Under the pieces are notes generated by a model. That model was not told where the DNA came from. It made no database searches and was given only the letters and a program-made list of their open reading frames with translations. The translations under genes were made by a program, and so were the position numbers. Shown here in pieces: positions 35,453-45,243 of a stretch of 64,000 nucleotides of DNA (positions are counted from its first letter, which is position 1; the number at the start of each line of letters is the position of its first letter). This stretch comes from an uncultured delta proteobacterium (GTDB lineage: Bacteria > Myxococcota_A > Polyangia > Polyangiales > Houyiibacteriaceae), in NCBI GenBank assembly GCA_963699755.1, contig CAVOVB010000003.1, positions 416,001-480,000 of the forward strand. The letters are read 5' to 3'.

Positions 35453-36331
35453 ATGTCGATAGGCAAGGTCGCGATCGACGGCGAGGTCGTCGATAGGGGC
35501 GAAGCACGCGTGTCGGTCTTCGACCGGGGGTTTCTCTACGGCGACAGCGTGTTCGAAGTGTACCGAACCTACGGCGGGGTGCCGTTTGCAGAGACGGAAC
35601 ACCTGGAGCGGCTCGCCCGTTCAGCCGCCCGCCTGATGATTCCGATGCCGGTGTCGCTCGAGACCCTTTCAGACGAGGTCCGCGCCACCCTCGACGCCGC
35701 AGGCGAGGGCGACTGGTATGTGCGCGTCGTGGTCACGCGTGGCACCGGCCCGTTGAGCTACGACCCCTCGACCGCCAGCGATCCGCTTCGCGTCATCATC
35801 GTGGTCCCGGTTTCGGTGCCTCCGGCCAACTACTACGCACAGGGCGTGGCGGTCGCTCTGCTCGAGGCTTCACGCCCGACCGATGACGCTCGGGCATCGG
35901 GCGCCAAGGCATCGAACTATCTCGCAAACCTCCTCGCCGTTCACGAAGCCAAGCAAAAGGGAGCGCAAGAAGCGCTCATGATCGGGCGCGATGGCCAGAT
36001 CCTCGAAGGCGCGTCGAGCAACATCTTCATCGTGAAGGCCGGCAAGCTGCGAACCCCCGAGCCACAGCCAGGAATCCTCGTCGGCATCACCCGGGCGACG
36101 GTCCTCGCGGCGGCGGCCGAAGCGGGTATCGAGGTTCAAGAGGGAGAGATTCGACCGAACGACCTCTACCTCGCCGATGAGGCCTTCATCACGAGCAGCA
36201 TTCGCGAGGTGATGCCGGTCGTCTCGGCGGACGGTCGAACGATCGGCTCGGGAACGCCTGGCCCTGTGACCAAGCGACTCCACGAAGGCTATTTGAAGGC
36301 CGTCGCCCAGGCCACCGGGGCGGGGGTTTGA
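35453..36331 (+). CDS. Class IV PLP-dependent aminotransferase (IlvE/PabC family)
   Basis: DRGFLYGDSVFE, AKASNY, EGASSN, GILVGITR, ADEAFITSS. Confidence 0.9.
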   Translation: MSIGKVAIDGEVVDRGEARVSVFDRGFLYGDSVFEVYRTYGGVPFAETEHLERLARSAARLMIPMPVSLETLSDEVRATLDAAGEGDWYVRVVVTRGTGPLSYDPSTASDPLRVIIVVPVSVPPANYYAQGVAVALLEASRPTDDARASGAKASNYLANLLAVHEAKQKGAQEALMIGRDGQILEGASSNIFIVKAGKLRTPEPQPGILVGITRATVLAAAAEAGIEVQEGEIRPNDLYLADEAFITSSIREVMPVVSADGRTIGSGTPGPVTKRLHEGYLKAVAQATGAGV

Positions 36332-36376
36332 CCGCCTGGCTGAGGCGCAGTACAGGCAGGCCCCAGGACGAGTCAA

Positions 36377-36520
36377 ATGTCGGATACAGGTAAGACCAAA
36401 GCACGACGGCGCCGAAAGGTCGCCGCTCAGGGAAAAGACCGGAAGAAGAAGCTCGCGAAGCTCGGGACGACCCCGAAGTTTCCGCTCGATCCGGACAAGG
36501 CCTCCGAGGCCAAGGCCTGA
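36377..36520 (+). CDS. Small basic protein (47 aa), below ORF-track cutoff
   Basis: MSDTGKTKARRRRKVAAQGKDRKKKLAKLGTTPKFPLDPDKASEAKA*; AGGA upstream; G/C-ending codons. Confidence 0.7.
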   Translation: MSDTGKTKARRRRKVAAQGKDRKKKLAKLGTTPKFPLDPDKASEAKA

Positions 36521-36562
36521 GACCGCTGGCCTTTGGCCGGCGCGGCGCGCAGGTTTGATGGG

Positions 36563-37636
36563 TCAGTGTAGGGTGTGTGATTCGCCGTCGTGCTCGATCA
36601 TCGGGATGCCCGTATCGGTCGATGCTCTCTGCCCGAGGGGGGCGGGGGGTGGCTCGCTCGGTAGGCTGAGCGCTTCAAGCTCTTCGCGGTAAGCCATTTG
36701 CTGAAGCTTCGCGTGGTGGTAGCGCCGCCTTCGGCGGTACGCGAACATCACGAGGATCGCGGCGGCCACCCAGATGGTGGAGCCAGCAAAGAGGGCGGGG
36801 AGGATTCGGTACCTCGTTCGGAGGCTATCTCGCCATTGCCGCTCGAGGCCGACGCGTGTCCATCCATATGCCGTGGCCAAGGCCGTATCGAAGGTCCCAC
36901 CCTCGCGGAGCGCTTGAATCATGCGGTGGAAGCGCCGCTCGTCGTTGTCGGTGCGTCGGAGGAAACCGACCACGTCCGCGCTCTGCGCGTACGCGACGTT
37001 CACCTCGTACGGGCGGTCCGGAAAGCGATTGTCGAGCTCGGAGAGTCTCAACATCGATCGCTGAGCCGCTGCGCGTAGGAGCGACTCCATACGAGGGAGC
37101 AAACGTACCTCGGACTGATGGATGGCGACGCCTTCGTTGAACCAGCGAGGCACCGAATTGCCGAGGACCGCGCGGTAGAGCGCCACGTGTGAGAGCTCGT
37201 GCACGAGAACGACGTCGAGCTCGGGCGGCTCCCAGGTGTCCGGGGCCGACATCGTCAAGAGAATCACGCCCCAGGGAGGATAGGCCACGCCGGTGGCGTA
37301 GTCCGGAGGCGGGTGGCCGATCGGGGCCATCGCCCTCATCTCACGCGGGTTTCGCGCGACGCGAATAATGAGCTCGTCATCGATGGGGACGCCGAAGTCG
37401 TCGACGAGCTCGGCCCAGCGCTGGCTGAAGCGATCGATGAGCTCGTCGACGCGATCCCGTTCCGCCTCGGGGAACGTCCAGGTGACTGACCCAATGCGTT
37501 CGGTCTCGTAGCCCTCGAGGGCGGAGGGCAGCGAGAGCTCGGATGCTTCTTGAGCGAGGGCGCTGACCGAAACGAGCGTCACGGCGATCGCGCATACAAC
37601 TACCCTGAACGAAGTTAGATGGGGTCTATTCTTCAC
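36563..37636 (-). CDS. Peptidase MA family metallopeptidase with C-terminal TM anchor
   Basis: HELSH zinc motif, PRWFNEGVA, AYAQS; signal peptide. Confidence 0.8.
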   Translation of the reverse strand: MKNRPHLTSFRVVVCAIAVTLVSVSALAQEASELSLPSALEGYETERIGSVTWTFPEAERDRVDELIDRFSQRWAELVDDFGVPIDDELIIRVARNPREMRAMAPIGHPPPDYATGVAYPPWGVILLTMSAPDTWEPPELDVVLVHELSHVALYRAVLGNSVPRWFNEGVAIHQSEVRLLPRMESLLRAAAQRSMLRLSELDNRFPDRPYEVNVAYAQSADVVGFLRRTDNDERRFHRMIQALREGGTFDTALATAYGWTRVGLERQWRDSLRTRYRILPALFAGSTIWVAAAILVMFAYRRRRRYHHAKLQQMAYREELEALSLPSEPPPAPLGQRASTDTGIPMIEHDGESHTLH

Positions 37637-38357
37637 CGGGTCTGAATCTTAGCAGTGGCGGCCCCGGCTCGTCAGTACGACGTCGATCAATGATGAGGTA
37701 GGTTACACCTCCGGCGAGAAGCAGTCCGGCGACCAAGTACGGCCAGGCCTTCTTCATCCTGCGTTTCGCCCTGGATTCATCGGCTGGCTGCTTTGCCTCG
37801 TTCACTTTTACAGGAGCGGCTGCGGGCGGCGGCGGAGGCGGCTCGGCCCAACGCAGCTGGGCTTGTGCTGCTCGGCTTTTGATGAACTTCAATCGCTGCG
37901 CTGCGCTGCTCTCGTCGAAATTGAGAACGCCTTCGTAGAACTGCGCGGCGCTCACGTCGAAGACCTCGAGGACGATGGCCCCTTCGCGACGAACGAGGAG
38001 TAGGGCATCGGCACCGGCGATGATCCCAATGCGCTTGTACGATGCGAGGTCCTTGCGAGGGTCGAGGCCGAGTCCGCGACGGATGGAGCGCAGGCCCTCG
38101 AGCCCGTCCTCTCCCGTTGCAGGCTCGCCACGCATGGCAGCGCGCAGAGCGGGGTCGGTCGGAGCCCGGAGCCCGGCGAGGGTGGCTTCCGTTTCGATGA
38201 AGGCGGCGGTTTCGCGGAGGGTCTCGTCGGGATCACCAGCGACGACGGTAGCGATCTTGGGAGGGAGCTTGGCTGTGTCCGTGTCAGTGCCAGTGTCCTG
38301 TCCGAGGGCGAGAGTCGGCCAGGCGGTCAGCAGAACGATCAGCGAAAGACAACGCAT
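37626..38357 (-). CDS. Secreted/membrane hypothetical protein
   Basis: Signal peptide, Pro-rich linker, C-terminal TM 'WPYLVAGLLLAGG'; overlaps the start of the peptidase gene. Confidence 0.6.
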   Translation of the reverse strand: MRCLSLIVLLTAWPTLALGQDTGTDTDTAKLPPKIATVVAGDPDETLRETAAFIETEATLAGLRAPTDPALRAAMRGEPATGEDGLEGLRSIRRGLGLDPRKDLASYKRIGIIAGADALLLVRREGAIVLEVFDVSAAQFYEGVLNFDESSAAQRLKFIKSRAAQAQLRWAEPPPPPPAAAPVKVNEAKQPADESRAKRRMKKAWPYLVAGLLLAGGVTYLIIDRRRTDEPGPPLLRFRPGEE

Positions 38358-38395
38358 CGGCGCAACGATAGGCAACGCGGCCCATCCGCGCTAGC

Positions 38396-39298
38396 GTGCA
38401 GCGCGATTTGGCGATGGGTGACAAGCCTCAGCTCATGCATGGTGTCTGCGTCTGCCTTGGGTACGACGGGACGGGGTTTCACGGCTGGCAAGCGCAGCCG
38501 GGTCTTCGGACGGTTCAGGGGATGCTCGAGGAGGCCATCGACGAGATGGGGATCGAGCACGGCGCGGTACGGGGCTGCAGCCGAACCGACGCGGGCGTCC
38601 ATGCGCTCGGCCAGATCGCGAGCTTTGCGGCGGCCATCGAGGTGCCGCCGGACGGTTGGACCAGTGGGCTCAACGCGCGGCTGCCCGAGGACATCGTCGT
38701 TCACGACACGCAGGCCTGCTACCGCCGCTACAATCCGCGCTTCCACGCGGCCCACAAGCGCTACCGCTACCTCGTTCGTTGCGGCCAGCAGCGCGATCCG
38801 TTGATCCGGAGGCAGGCCTGGCAGCTCGGTCCCAAGGGAATGCGGAAGGACGTCGAGCGCCGGGGCGTGTGCATCGAGGACTACCTCGACGTCGAGGCGA
38901 TGAAAGCGGCGGCTGCGCAGTTCGTAGGCACGCACGACTTTCACGCTTTTCGGCAGTCCGGGGACGAGCGTGAAATCGTCGTGCGCGAGATGTTCGAGGT
39001 GAATGTGCTGCCCGAGTGGAACGGGCGCCCCGACCTGATCGCGCTCGAGGTCGTCGGCAACTCGTTTATGAAGAACATGGTTCGGATCATGGCAGGCACC
39101 CTGGTCGACGTCGGACGCGGCTGGCTCTCCGCAGATGACGTGCCCGCCATGCTGCAGCCGGACTCGGATCGCTCCCATGCGGGCCAGACCGCACCGGCCC
39201 ACGGCCTCACGCTGGTCGAGATCGAGCTCGCGCGCTTCGATGGACCGGGGGACGCCTTCGATCGGCCCACCGCGGGCGAGCCGCCAAAGCGGCCTTAG
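38396..39298 (+). CDS. truA: tRNA pseudouridine(38-40) synthase
   Basis: YDGTGFHGWQ, SRTDAGVHALGQ, GTHDF, FMKNMVR, APAHGL. Confidence 0.93.
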   Translation: MQRDLAMGDKPQLMHGVCVCLGYDGTGFHGWQAQPGLRTVQGMLEEAIDEMGIEHGAVRGCSRTDAGVHALGQIASFAAAIEVPPDGWTSGLNARLPEDIVVHDTQACYRRYNPRFHAAHKRYRYLVRCGQQRDPLIRRQAWQLGPKGMRKDVERRGVCIEDYLDVEAMKAAAAQFVGTHDFHAFRQSGDEREIVVREMFEVNVLPEWNGRPDLIALEVVGNSFMKNMVRIMAGTLVDVGRGWLSADDVPAMLQPDSDRSHAGQTAPAHGLTLVEIELARFDGPGDAFDRPTAGEPPKRP

Positions 39299-39996
39299 AA
39301 AGTCAGACCCAGGCCACCGGTGAAGTACAGCTTATCGCCGACCGGCGCCCGGTTGTTCGCGTCCGAGCCGGCCAGCTCGAAGAAGAAGAATGAGCTGTTG
39401 ATGCCGAAGTCCTCGTCGAGCGCATTGGCGCGGCGCGCATTGACGAAGTTGAGCTCGAGGGCGAGCTGGGCCGCCCAACCGAACCCGTGGCTGCGGCCGG
39501 TGCCTTTTCCGGCTCCAACGGTCTCTTTGAAAAAGACGGTATTGTACCCCACCTTGCCGCTGAACACGAACGGCACGGGGGTCCGGCGAGCCAGCGCATC
39601 GATACGCAAGACGACCATTGCGTTGATTGGAAACAGGCTGAACTTGGCACCGTCGCTAGAGGGGACACAAGTCCCCGGCGGCGAGCTCGCGAGACACGCC
39701 GTTCCTTTGTAGCCCGCCCAACCGCCGGCAATTCCGATCCCGATGGGCCCCACGAACGGAATTCGATACAAGAAGAAGTCAAACTCGGGCAGGATGATTG
39801 GCCCGTTCCCAGAGTACACCAAGTCGAACGCCGAGCTTCCCGGGTCGGGGCGATAGGCGCCGATGCCAAGTGAGAGCAGATACCCTTCGGGGCTCCAGCT
39901 CTCCTTCGAGGCGTAGCTCACCTCCTCGGCGCGCGCGCGATCGGGGCTGACCCCGATCATCGTCATGAGGACGAGCGCCGAGGCTAGAGCTTTCAC
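39295..39996 (-). CDS. Myxobacterial outer-membrane beta-barrel protein (MXAN_2562-like)
   Basis: Signal peptide, amphipathic strands, 'LDEDFGINSS', terminal Phe; GTGA overlap with upstream gene. Confidence 0.65.
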   Translation of the reverse strand: MKALASALVLMTMIGVSPDRARAEEVSYASKESWSPEGYLLSLGIGAYRPDPGSSAFDLVYSGNGPIILPEFDFFLYRIPFVGPIGIGIAGGWAGYKGTACLASSPPGTCVPSSDGAKFSLFPINAMVVLRIDALARRTPVPFVFSGKVGYNTVFFKETVGAGKGTGRSHGFGWAAQLALELNFVNARRANALDEDFGINSSFFFFELAGSDANNRAPVGDKLYFTGGLGLTF

Positions 39997-40979
39997 CGAC
40001 GAAGCCTCCAAACGCCGATCGCCGCGAACAGCAGTCCGAGCATCCACGCCGCGGCTCCTGAGGTGCCGCCGATCATCGAAAGAGGCGAAACCGAGCAACC
40101 CGTGCAGGCGCCACTGGCGTCGCAGAACCCAGCGGTCGCGGCCGCCGTGACCATCTTGCCCGCAGACTTCTCGCTTTCGTTGCCATTGCCCGGGACGGCA
40201 GAGGCCTTGTCGACCGCCGTAACGTATAGGTAGGTGCTCTCGTCTTGCTCCAGCTCGAGACCGGTTGCGGTGAACACTTGACTGGTCGCGTTCTGGTCGG
40301 CGGTCACGCCTTCGATCAGAACGGCCGTATCCGGGTCGTCTTCGATGTCGTTGCGATAAAAACGGTAGAGCTGGAGGTCGTCGGTCGGCTGTGGCCAATT
40401 CAATGTGAACGATTCACCAAGGCCCGGGTCGGTGTTTACGGCCGGGGGGGCCGGAGCGGTGACGTCGACTTTGAATTGCGCGACTCCGAACGATTCGGGG
40501 AGTATGTCTTGGGCGCCGGGCGGCTCGTTCCTGAAGCCGTAGAGCTCGTACGGCTGCCCTTCGAGGGCCGTGTTTGCGCAGTTCACCACCTCGTTATCGG
40601 TGAGATCGGCCAACGTCAGGCCCTTGATGAGGTTATTTGCATCTAAGGTCTGAGCCGCTTCCCCGGCCACCGGACTGCAGCGGTTGGAGGTGATATCCGT
40701 ACGATTCTTCTCGAGGTTGCATTCGCTGTTCTGCCCACCCACCCAGAGATACACCTGCCCGACCGCGGTCCCTACGGTTGTGTCGATTCTGAGCTCGAAG
40801 GAGGTTCCAGCGGGGTCCGCGCAGTTCGCCGCGTTGAAGAAGCGGCTATCCTGCGTATCCGAAAGGAACCCCTCGTCGTTGATCGAGACGATGAGGTCTG
40901 AGGCTTGGGCAAATGTCCTTGGGGCGAAGGCCGTGAGGGCCGTGCCGAGCGCCAAGAGAAACATGAATCGGTTGTACAT
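39993..40979 (-). CDS. Secreted Cys-containing Fn3-like protein with MYXO-CTERM-type anchor (MXAN_2561-like)
   Basis: Signal peptide; 'VTAVDKA...GNES'; C-terminal 'GCSV' + hydrophobic helix + RLRR. Confidence 0.6.
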   Translation of the reverse strand: MYNRFMFLLALGTALTAFAPRTFAQASDLIVSINDEGFLSDTQDSRFFNAANCADPAGTSFELRIDTTVGTAVGQVYLWVGGQNSECNLEKNRTDITSNRCSPVAGEAAQTLDANNLIKGLTLADLTDNEVVNCANTALEGQPYELYGFRNEPPGAQDILPESFGVAQFKVDVTAPAPPAVNTDPGLGESFTLNWPQPTDDLQLYRFYRNDIEDDPDTAVLIEGVTADQNATSQVFTATGLELEQDESTYLYVTAVDKASAVPGNGNESEKSAGKMVTAAATAGFCDASGACTGCSVSPLSMIGGTSGAAAWMLGLLFAAIGVWRLRR

Positions 40980-41100
40980 GGCTTTGCTGAGCTGCAATCC
41001 CCGGGCCAATGTTCGGCCACGAAAAGCCGTGTATTTTCGGGAAGGCTGCGGACAAACTGACATGTTCCGCCCTCCTTCTACGCCAAGCCCTGACATTTCG

Positions 41101-42111
41101 TCACTTTAATAGAACTTCTTCGGCGATTTGGACGGCGTTGAGCGCGGCGCCTTTGCGGAGGTTGTCCGAGACGACCCACATCTGGATGCCGCCGGGATTT
41201 CCGACATCGGCGCGAATGCGGCCCACGTAAACCGGGTCCTTGCCCGCGGCATCGATCGGCTGCGGGTAGACTCCGTTCACGAAATCGTCGACGACCACGA
41301 CGCCTTCGGCCTGGCTCAGCAGCTCCCGGGCGCGGGCGGCCGTGATCGGCCTGTGGGTTTCGACGGTGACCGCCTCGCTGTGCGCGGTGATGACCGGAAC
41401 GCGGACCGCGGTCGGCGAGACAGCGATGTCAGGGTCTCCGAAGATCTTGCGCGTCTCCGACACCATCTTCAGCTCTTCTTCTTGGTAGCCGGTCTCGGCA
41501 TCGACCTTCCAATGCATCAGAAGATTGCGGCTCAACTGGCCGGAAAGATTGGTCTTGTCGACTTCACCGCCTCTGGCGGTCGCCTGCTCCTGGGCTTCGA
41601 AAGCGGCAACTGCCGTCGCGCCTGAACCGCTGATCGCCTGGTAGGTCGCGACCACGACGCGCTTGAGCCGACCCTCGTCGTGGAGCGGCTTGAGGGCGAC
41701 GACCATCTGGATGGTCGAGCAGTTGGGATTGGCGATGATGCCCTTGGGCCGATTCGCGGCCGCGGCGGCGTTCACCTCGGGCACGACCAGCGGGCACTCC
41801 GGGTCAGCCCGAAACGCCGAGGAGTTGTCGACGACCAGGGCGCCCTTGCTCGCCGCAATGGGCGACCACTCTCGGGAGGTTCCCCCACCGGCCGAGAAGA
41901 GGGCCAGATCGACCCCTTCGAAAACCTCGGGCGAGATCTCGACGACGGTGTGCACGACTCCCTTGAACGTCACGGTCTTCCCGGCGCTCCGAGCCGACGC
42001 CACCGGCACCAGCTCTTGCACTGGAAAGTTGCGCTGCTCGAGCACGCGCAGCATCTCCGCGCCCACCATTCCGGTGGCTCCAACCACCGCAACTTTGAGT
42101 CCCTGAGCCAT
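41101..42111 (-). CDS. asd: Aspartate-semialdehyde dehydrogenase
   Basis: VVGATGMVG, DNSSAFR, IIANPNCST, DNLRKGAALNAVQIAE. Confidence 0.95.
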   Translation of the reverse strand: MAQGLKVAVVGATGMVGAEMLRVLEQRNFPVQELVPVASARSAGKTVTFKGVVHTVVEISPEVFEGVDLALFSAGGGTSREWSPIAASKGALVVDNSSAFRADPECPLVVPEVNAAAAANRPKGIIANPNCSTIQMVVALKPLHDEGRLKRVVVATYQAISGSGATAVAAFEAQEQATARGGEVDKTNLSGQLSRNLLMHWKVDAETGYQEEELKMVSETRKIFGDPDIAVSPTAVRVPVITAHSEAVTVETHRPITAARARELLSQAEGVVVVDDFVNGVYPQPIDAAGKDPVYVGRIRADVGNPGGIQMWVVSDNLRKGAALNAVQIAEEVLLK

Positions 42112-42196
42112 AGGCGACGGCTATAGATGAGCGTCGCAGGCGCGGCAAGCTGGCCCATGAGCGACTCGCGTATCATGTCTTCGGCAAGGAGCATTC

Positions 42197-43687
42197 ATGA
42201 GCATTCATCGATTTATGGTTCTGATCGCCGCGGCCGGCGTCACGGCGTTGTTGGGCACGGCCCGTCTTCAGGCTCAGGCGCCACCTGGCTTCGGGGTCCC
42301 CACGCAGATGCAAGCCGCAGGCGAGGGCGACGACGCTGCGGCCAGAGCGCTTCGGTCGCTCTACGTACCGAACGGGCTGACGTCTGATCAGGCGGTGCAG
42401 CGTGTCCTGGCGATATCGCCCGCGATCCAACGCACCTCGGCGCTGGTGCTGGTCGCGAAAGGTGCGGCGGTGCAAGCGATGTCTGGATTGGTGCCTCGAC
42501 TCGACCTCCAAGGGCGGCACTCCCAGCTGAGCCCGGTGCAGGAGGCAGGCCTCACCACCGGCAGCAGTGCGCCCATCGATGACTTGATCGGCCAGCTTCA
42601 GGATCCGGCCGCGGAGCAGCTCTGGACAGGCCTCACGTCCTACAGATTCCCATCGCTCACCCGGCAAACCGCGTTTGATGCCACGCTCAGCTATTCGTTC
42701 ACCGGCTCGCTCGCCCAGTCCCTGCCCGCCTATCGGGCTGCCAAGGAAAGCAAGGTGGCGGCGCGGTATCAGATCGAAGCCGAAAACAACAACGTCGCGT
42801 TCGACGGCCGTCAGGCCTATTACGAGTATGCGCGGGCCGAAGCGGGGCTTGCAGTCGCCAAGTTCGCACTCGACGCGGCCGTCTCACAGCGCGTGGAGAC
42901 GGAGGCCTTGGTTGCGGCCGGCTCGGCGGCGCGCGTGGACCTCATGCGCGTTCAGGCCCAAGAGGAAGCCGCGCGGGTGGCGGTCGAGCAGGCCAGTCTC
43001 GGTTTGCAGGTGGCCGCGCGTGCGCTCCAAGCGCTGATGCTCACCGACCAGCTACCCTCTCTTGGCGAGGACCTATCCGAGCCCGTGACCGGTATTCCCA
43101 AGGGTACCGAAAAGCAGCTCCAAGCCCGAGCCTACGAGAACCGGCCGGACCTCTTGGCGCTCCGCAAGTACGTCGACGTGAAGCAGCACGAGCTCAGGTC
43201 GGCCAATGGTGGCCGGGCTCCGGACCTCCTCGTGCGCGCGTCAGCGGAGTACGCCAACCCGAACCTCCGCGTGGTGCCGCAGCAGCAGCGCTTCATCGGA
43301 ACCTGGGAGGTGGGCGCTGTCATTCGATGGGCCCCCAACGACACGGTCAACGCGCAGGGGCGCTCGCGACAGCTCCAAGGGGAGCTCGAGCAAGCCTATG
43401 CGGACGTCACGATTCTAGAGCAGCAGGTTCGGGTCGACGTCGCCAGGGGCTATCACGGCATCGAGGCAGCGCAGAAGGCCTTCGAATCGGCGAGGCTCGG
43501 TCTCAACGCTTCGCGCGAAGGCTACCGCGTGACGCGCGAGCAACTCCAGGCCGGCATCGTGAACACGACGACTCTGCTGCAGGCACAGTCTGAGCTGATT
43601 CGTGCGCAGGTCGATGTGGTCGATTCGGCGATTGGGCTGCGCGTCGCCAAGGCGCAGCTCCGGCGTGCGATCGGGGAGATGCCCTGA
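42197..43687 (+). CDS. TolC family outer-membrane protein
   Basis: Signal peptide, two OEP-like repeats, terminal 'AQLRRAIG'. Confidence 0.8.
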   Translation: MSIHRFMVLIAAAGVTALLGTARLQAQAPPGFGVPTQMQAAGEGDDAAARALRSLYVPNGLTSDQAVQRVLAISPAIQRTSALVLVAKGAAVQAMSGLVPRLDLQGRHSQLSPVQEAGLTTGSSAPIDDLIGQLQDPAAEQLWTGLTSYRFPSLTRQTAFDATLSYSFTGSLAQSLPAYRAAKESKVAARYQIEAENNNVAFDGRQAYYEYARAEAGLAVAKFALDAAVSQRVETEALVAAGSAARVDLMRVQAQEEAARVAVEQASLGLQVAARALQALMLTDQLPSLGEDLSEPVTGIPKGTEKQLQARAYENRPDLLALRKYVDVKQHELRSANGGRAPDLLVRASAEYANPNLRVVPQQQRFIGTWEVGAVIRWAPNDTVNAQGRSRQLQGELEQAYADVTILEQQVRVDVARGYHGIEAAQKAFESARLGLNASREGYRVTREQLQAGIVNTTTLLQAQSELIRAQVDVVDSAIGLRVAKAQLRRAIGEMP

Positions 43688-43688
43688 G

Positions 43689-44084
43689 GTGCCCGTCGTC
43701 GTTGCTGCGGCCGTGGTCATCCGGGACGGCCGCGTGCTTCTCACGCGCCGCGCCGCAGGGCAGCACCTCGCCGGGATGTGGGAGTTCCCGGGCGGGAAGC
43801 TCGAAGACGGAGAGTCACCTGAAGAAGCGCTGGTGCGCGAGTGCCGCGAGGAATGCGGGATCGACGTCGAGGTAGCCGGGATCCTCGACGTGACCCACCA
43901 TCGATATCCCAAAAAAAACGTGCTCCTGCTCTTCTATCGCTGTGGGCTACGCGCGGGCGAAGTGCGTCATCTGCAGGTTGCCGACCACGCATGGGTCGCG
44001 CCGTCCGAGCTCGACCGCTATCCACTGCCCCCGGCGGATGAGCGAGTGGTCGCGCGGATCCAGGCCCTCGATCTTCGAAGCTGA
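43689..44084 (+). CDS. NUDIX hydrolase (MutT/NudG-like)
   Basis: WEFPGGKLEDGESPEEALVRECREECG Nudix box. Confidence 0.88.
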   Translation: MPVVVAAAVVIRDGRVLLTRRAAGQHLAGMWEFPGGKLEDGESPEEALVRECREECGIDVEVAGILDVTHHRYPKKNVLLLFYRCGLRAGEVRHLQVADHAWVAPSELDRYPLPPADERVVARIQALDLRS

Positions 44085-44085
44085 G

Positions 44086-44607
44086 CTAGAGCCCCCTCGC
44101 CCCCCGGACAACGATGCGCTGCACGAGGGTCCTATCGTCGGGTGGCATGGAGACAGGTTCCGCCAAGATGTGAAGCCGTGCACCCGTAGAGCTAGACGAG
44201 TGCTCAAAAATTACTCCCGTGTCGGTCACGATCGGCGTTCCGAAGACATCGGACAGTTGCCGCATGCTCGGCTTGGCCTCGACGAGTTGGAAGGTGACCT
44301 GGGTCACGCGATCGCGAGGGGTGACGAAGATCACACGATAGCCGTCGTAGTAGATCAAGGCCTGGCTTTTGGTGCGCACTTTGATCGCGCCTTCCATGGC
44401 CGCCGCGACCTGGTCGACCGTAGGCTCGGGTTGCGACATGGCGCGGACCGCAGCGCCCACCTTGGCGAGCGCAGCGTCGTTCCCGTCCTCGCTCGTGCCT
44501 GATGAACGCTGATCGCCGAGATCTTCCAGAGAGTCGCCGCGTGTGCACGCCTCCGAGGTGCAAACGATCGAGAGCACGAGTACGATGAGGCGAGGGTGCT
44601 TGAACAC
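44086..44607 (-). CDS. Hypothetical secreted protein / lipoprotein
   Basis: GGAG RBS; hydrophobic N-terminus with Cys. Confidence 0.55.
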   Translation of the reverse strand: MFKHPRLIVLVLSIVCTSEACTRGDSLEDLGDQRSSGTSEDGNDAALAKVGAAVRAMSQPEPTVDQVAAAMEGAIKVRTKSQALIYYDGYRVIFVTPRDRVTQVTFQLVEAKPSMRQLSDVFGTPIVTDTGVIFEHSSSSTGARLHILAEPVSMPPDDRTLVQRIVVRGARGL

Positions 44608-44674
44608 ATCAGCTCCTGACTGTCGCTTGTACCGCGAAACGGCTCGGAGCCAAAAAGATCGCCGGTTCGTTGCC

Positions 44675-45238
44675 TCAGTGCTTGGTGAGGGCGTCCGTCA
44701 CCGAGCCGCTCGAGCCGGTGTGGATGCGGACCGCAAACGGCTCACGGGCGGTGCCCACTCGCTCGAGTGATGGCGGCGCGCCGAAGAACGCTGTCGAGGC
44801 TTGCTCTAGCGCGGGTTTGTAGGCGTCGTAGGTCGCGTCTTCGTTCGGTGCGTTCAGACGGTCCTGTACCCGGAAGAGCAGCTCGTCCGTTGCAAACTCG
44901 AAACCGAGACTGCTCTCGGCTTCGAGGAGCTGGCACGTTCTGAGGGCGCGCGCGAAAGCGTCGTCGATCCCGGCTTGGAAGTCACCGTCGAAACCGCGCT
45001 TGCGGCTGTAGAGGAGGCCAGGGCGGTTGTCCGCAACGTCGAGATAGTAGTCGGACTCATGACCGATCAGCACCACGCCCGGGCCCTGCGGAACGTGCGC
45101 GTAGTCCGCCACGTCGATCAAGAGCTCGTCGGAGATCTTCTTGTCGCGAATCCATTCGTGGAAAACCGGCACGACCTTCTCCAGCTCGATGTTCCCGGCC
45201 TTGGTGTAGACCTTCACTTGAAACTTCGTTGCTCGCAT
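44675..45238 (-). CDS. Conserved hypothetical protein downstream of the reductase
   Basis: GAGG RBS; 'PVFHEWI...LLIDVADYAHVPQGPGVVLIGH'. Confidence 0.7.
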   Translation of the reverse strand: MRATKFQVKVYTKAGNIELEKVVPVFHEWIRDKKISDELLIDVADYAHVPQGPGVVLIGHESDYYLDVADNRPGLLYSRKRGFDGDFQAGIDDAFARALRTCQLLEAESSLGFEFATDELLFRVQDRLNAPNEDATYDAYKPALEQASTAFFGAPPSLERVGTAREPFAVRIHTGSSGSVTDALTKH

Positions 45239-45243
45239 GGTCC

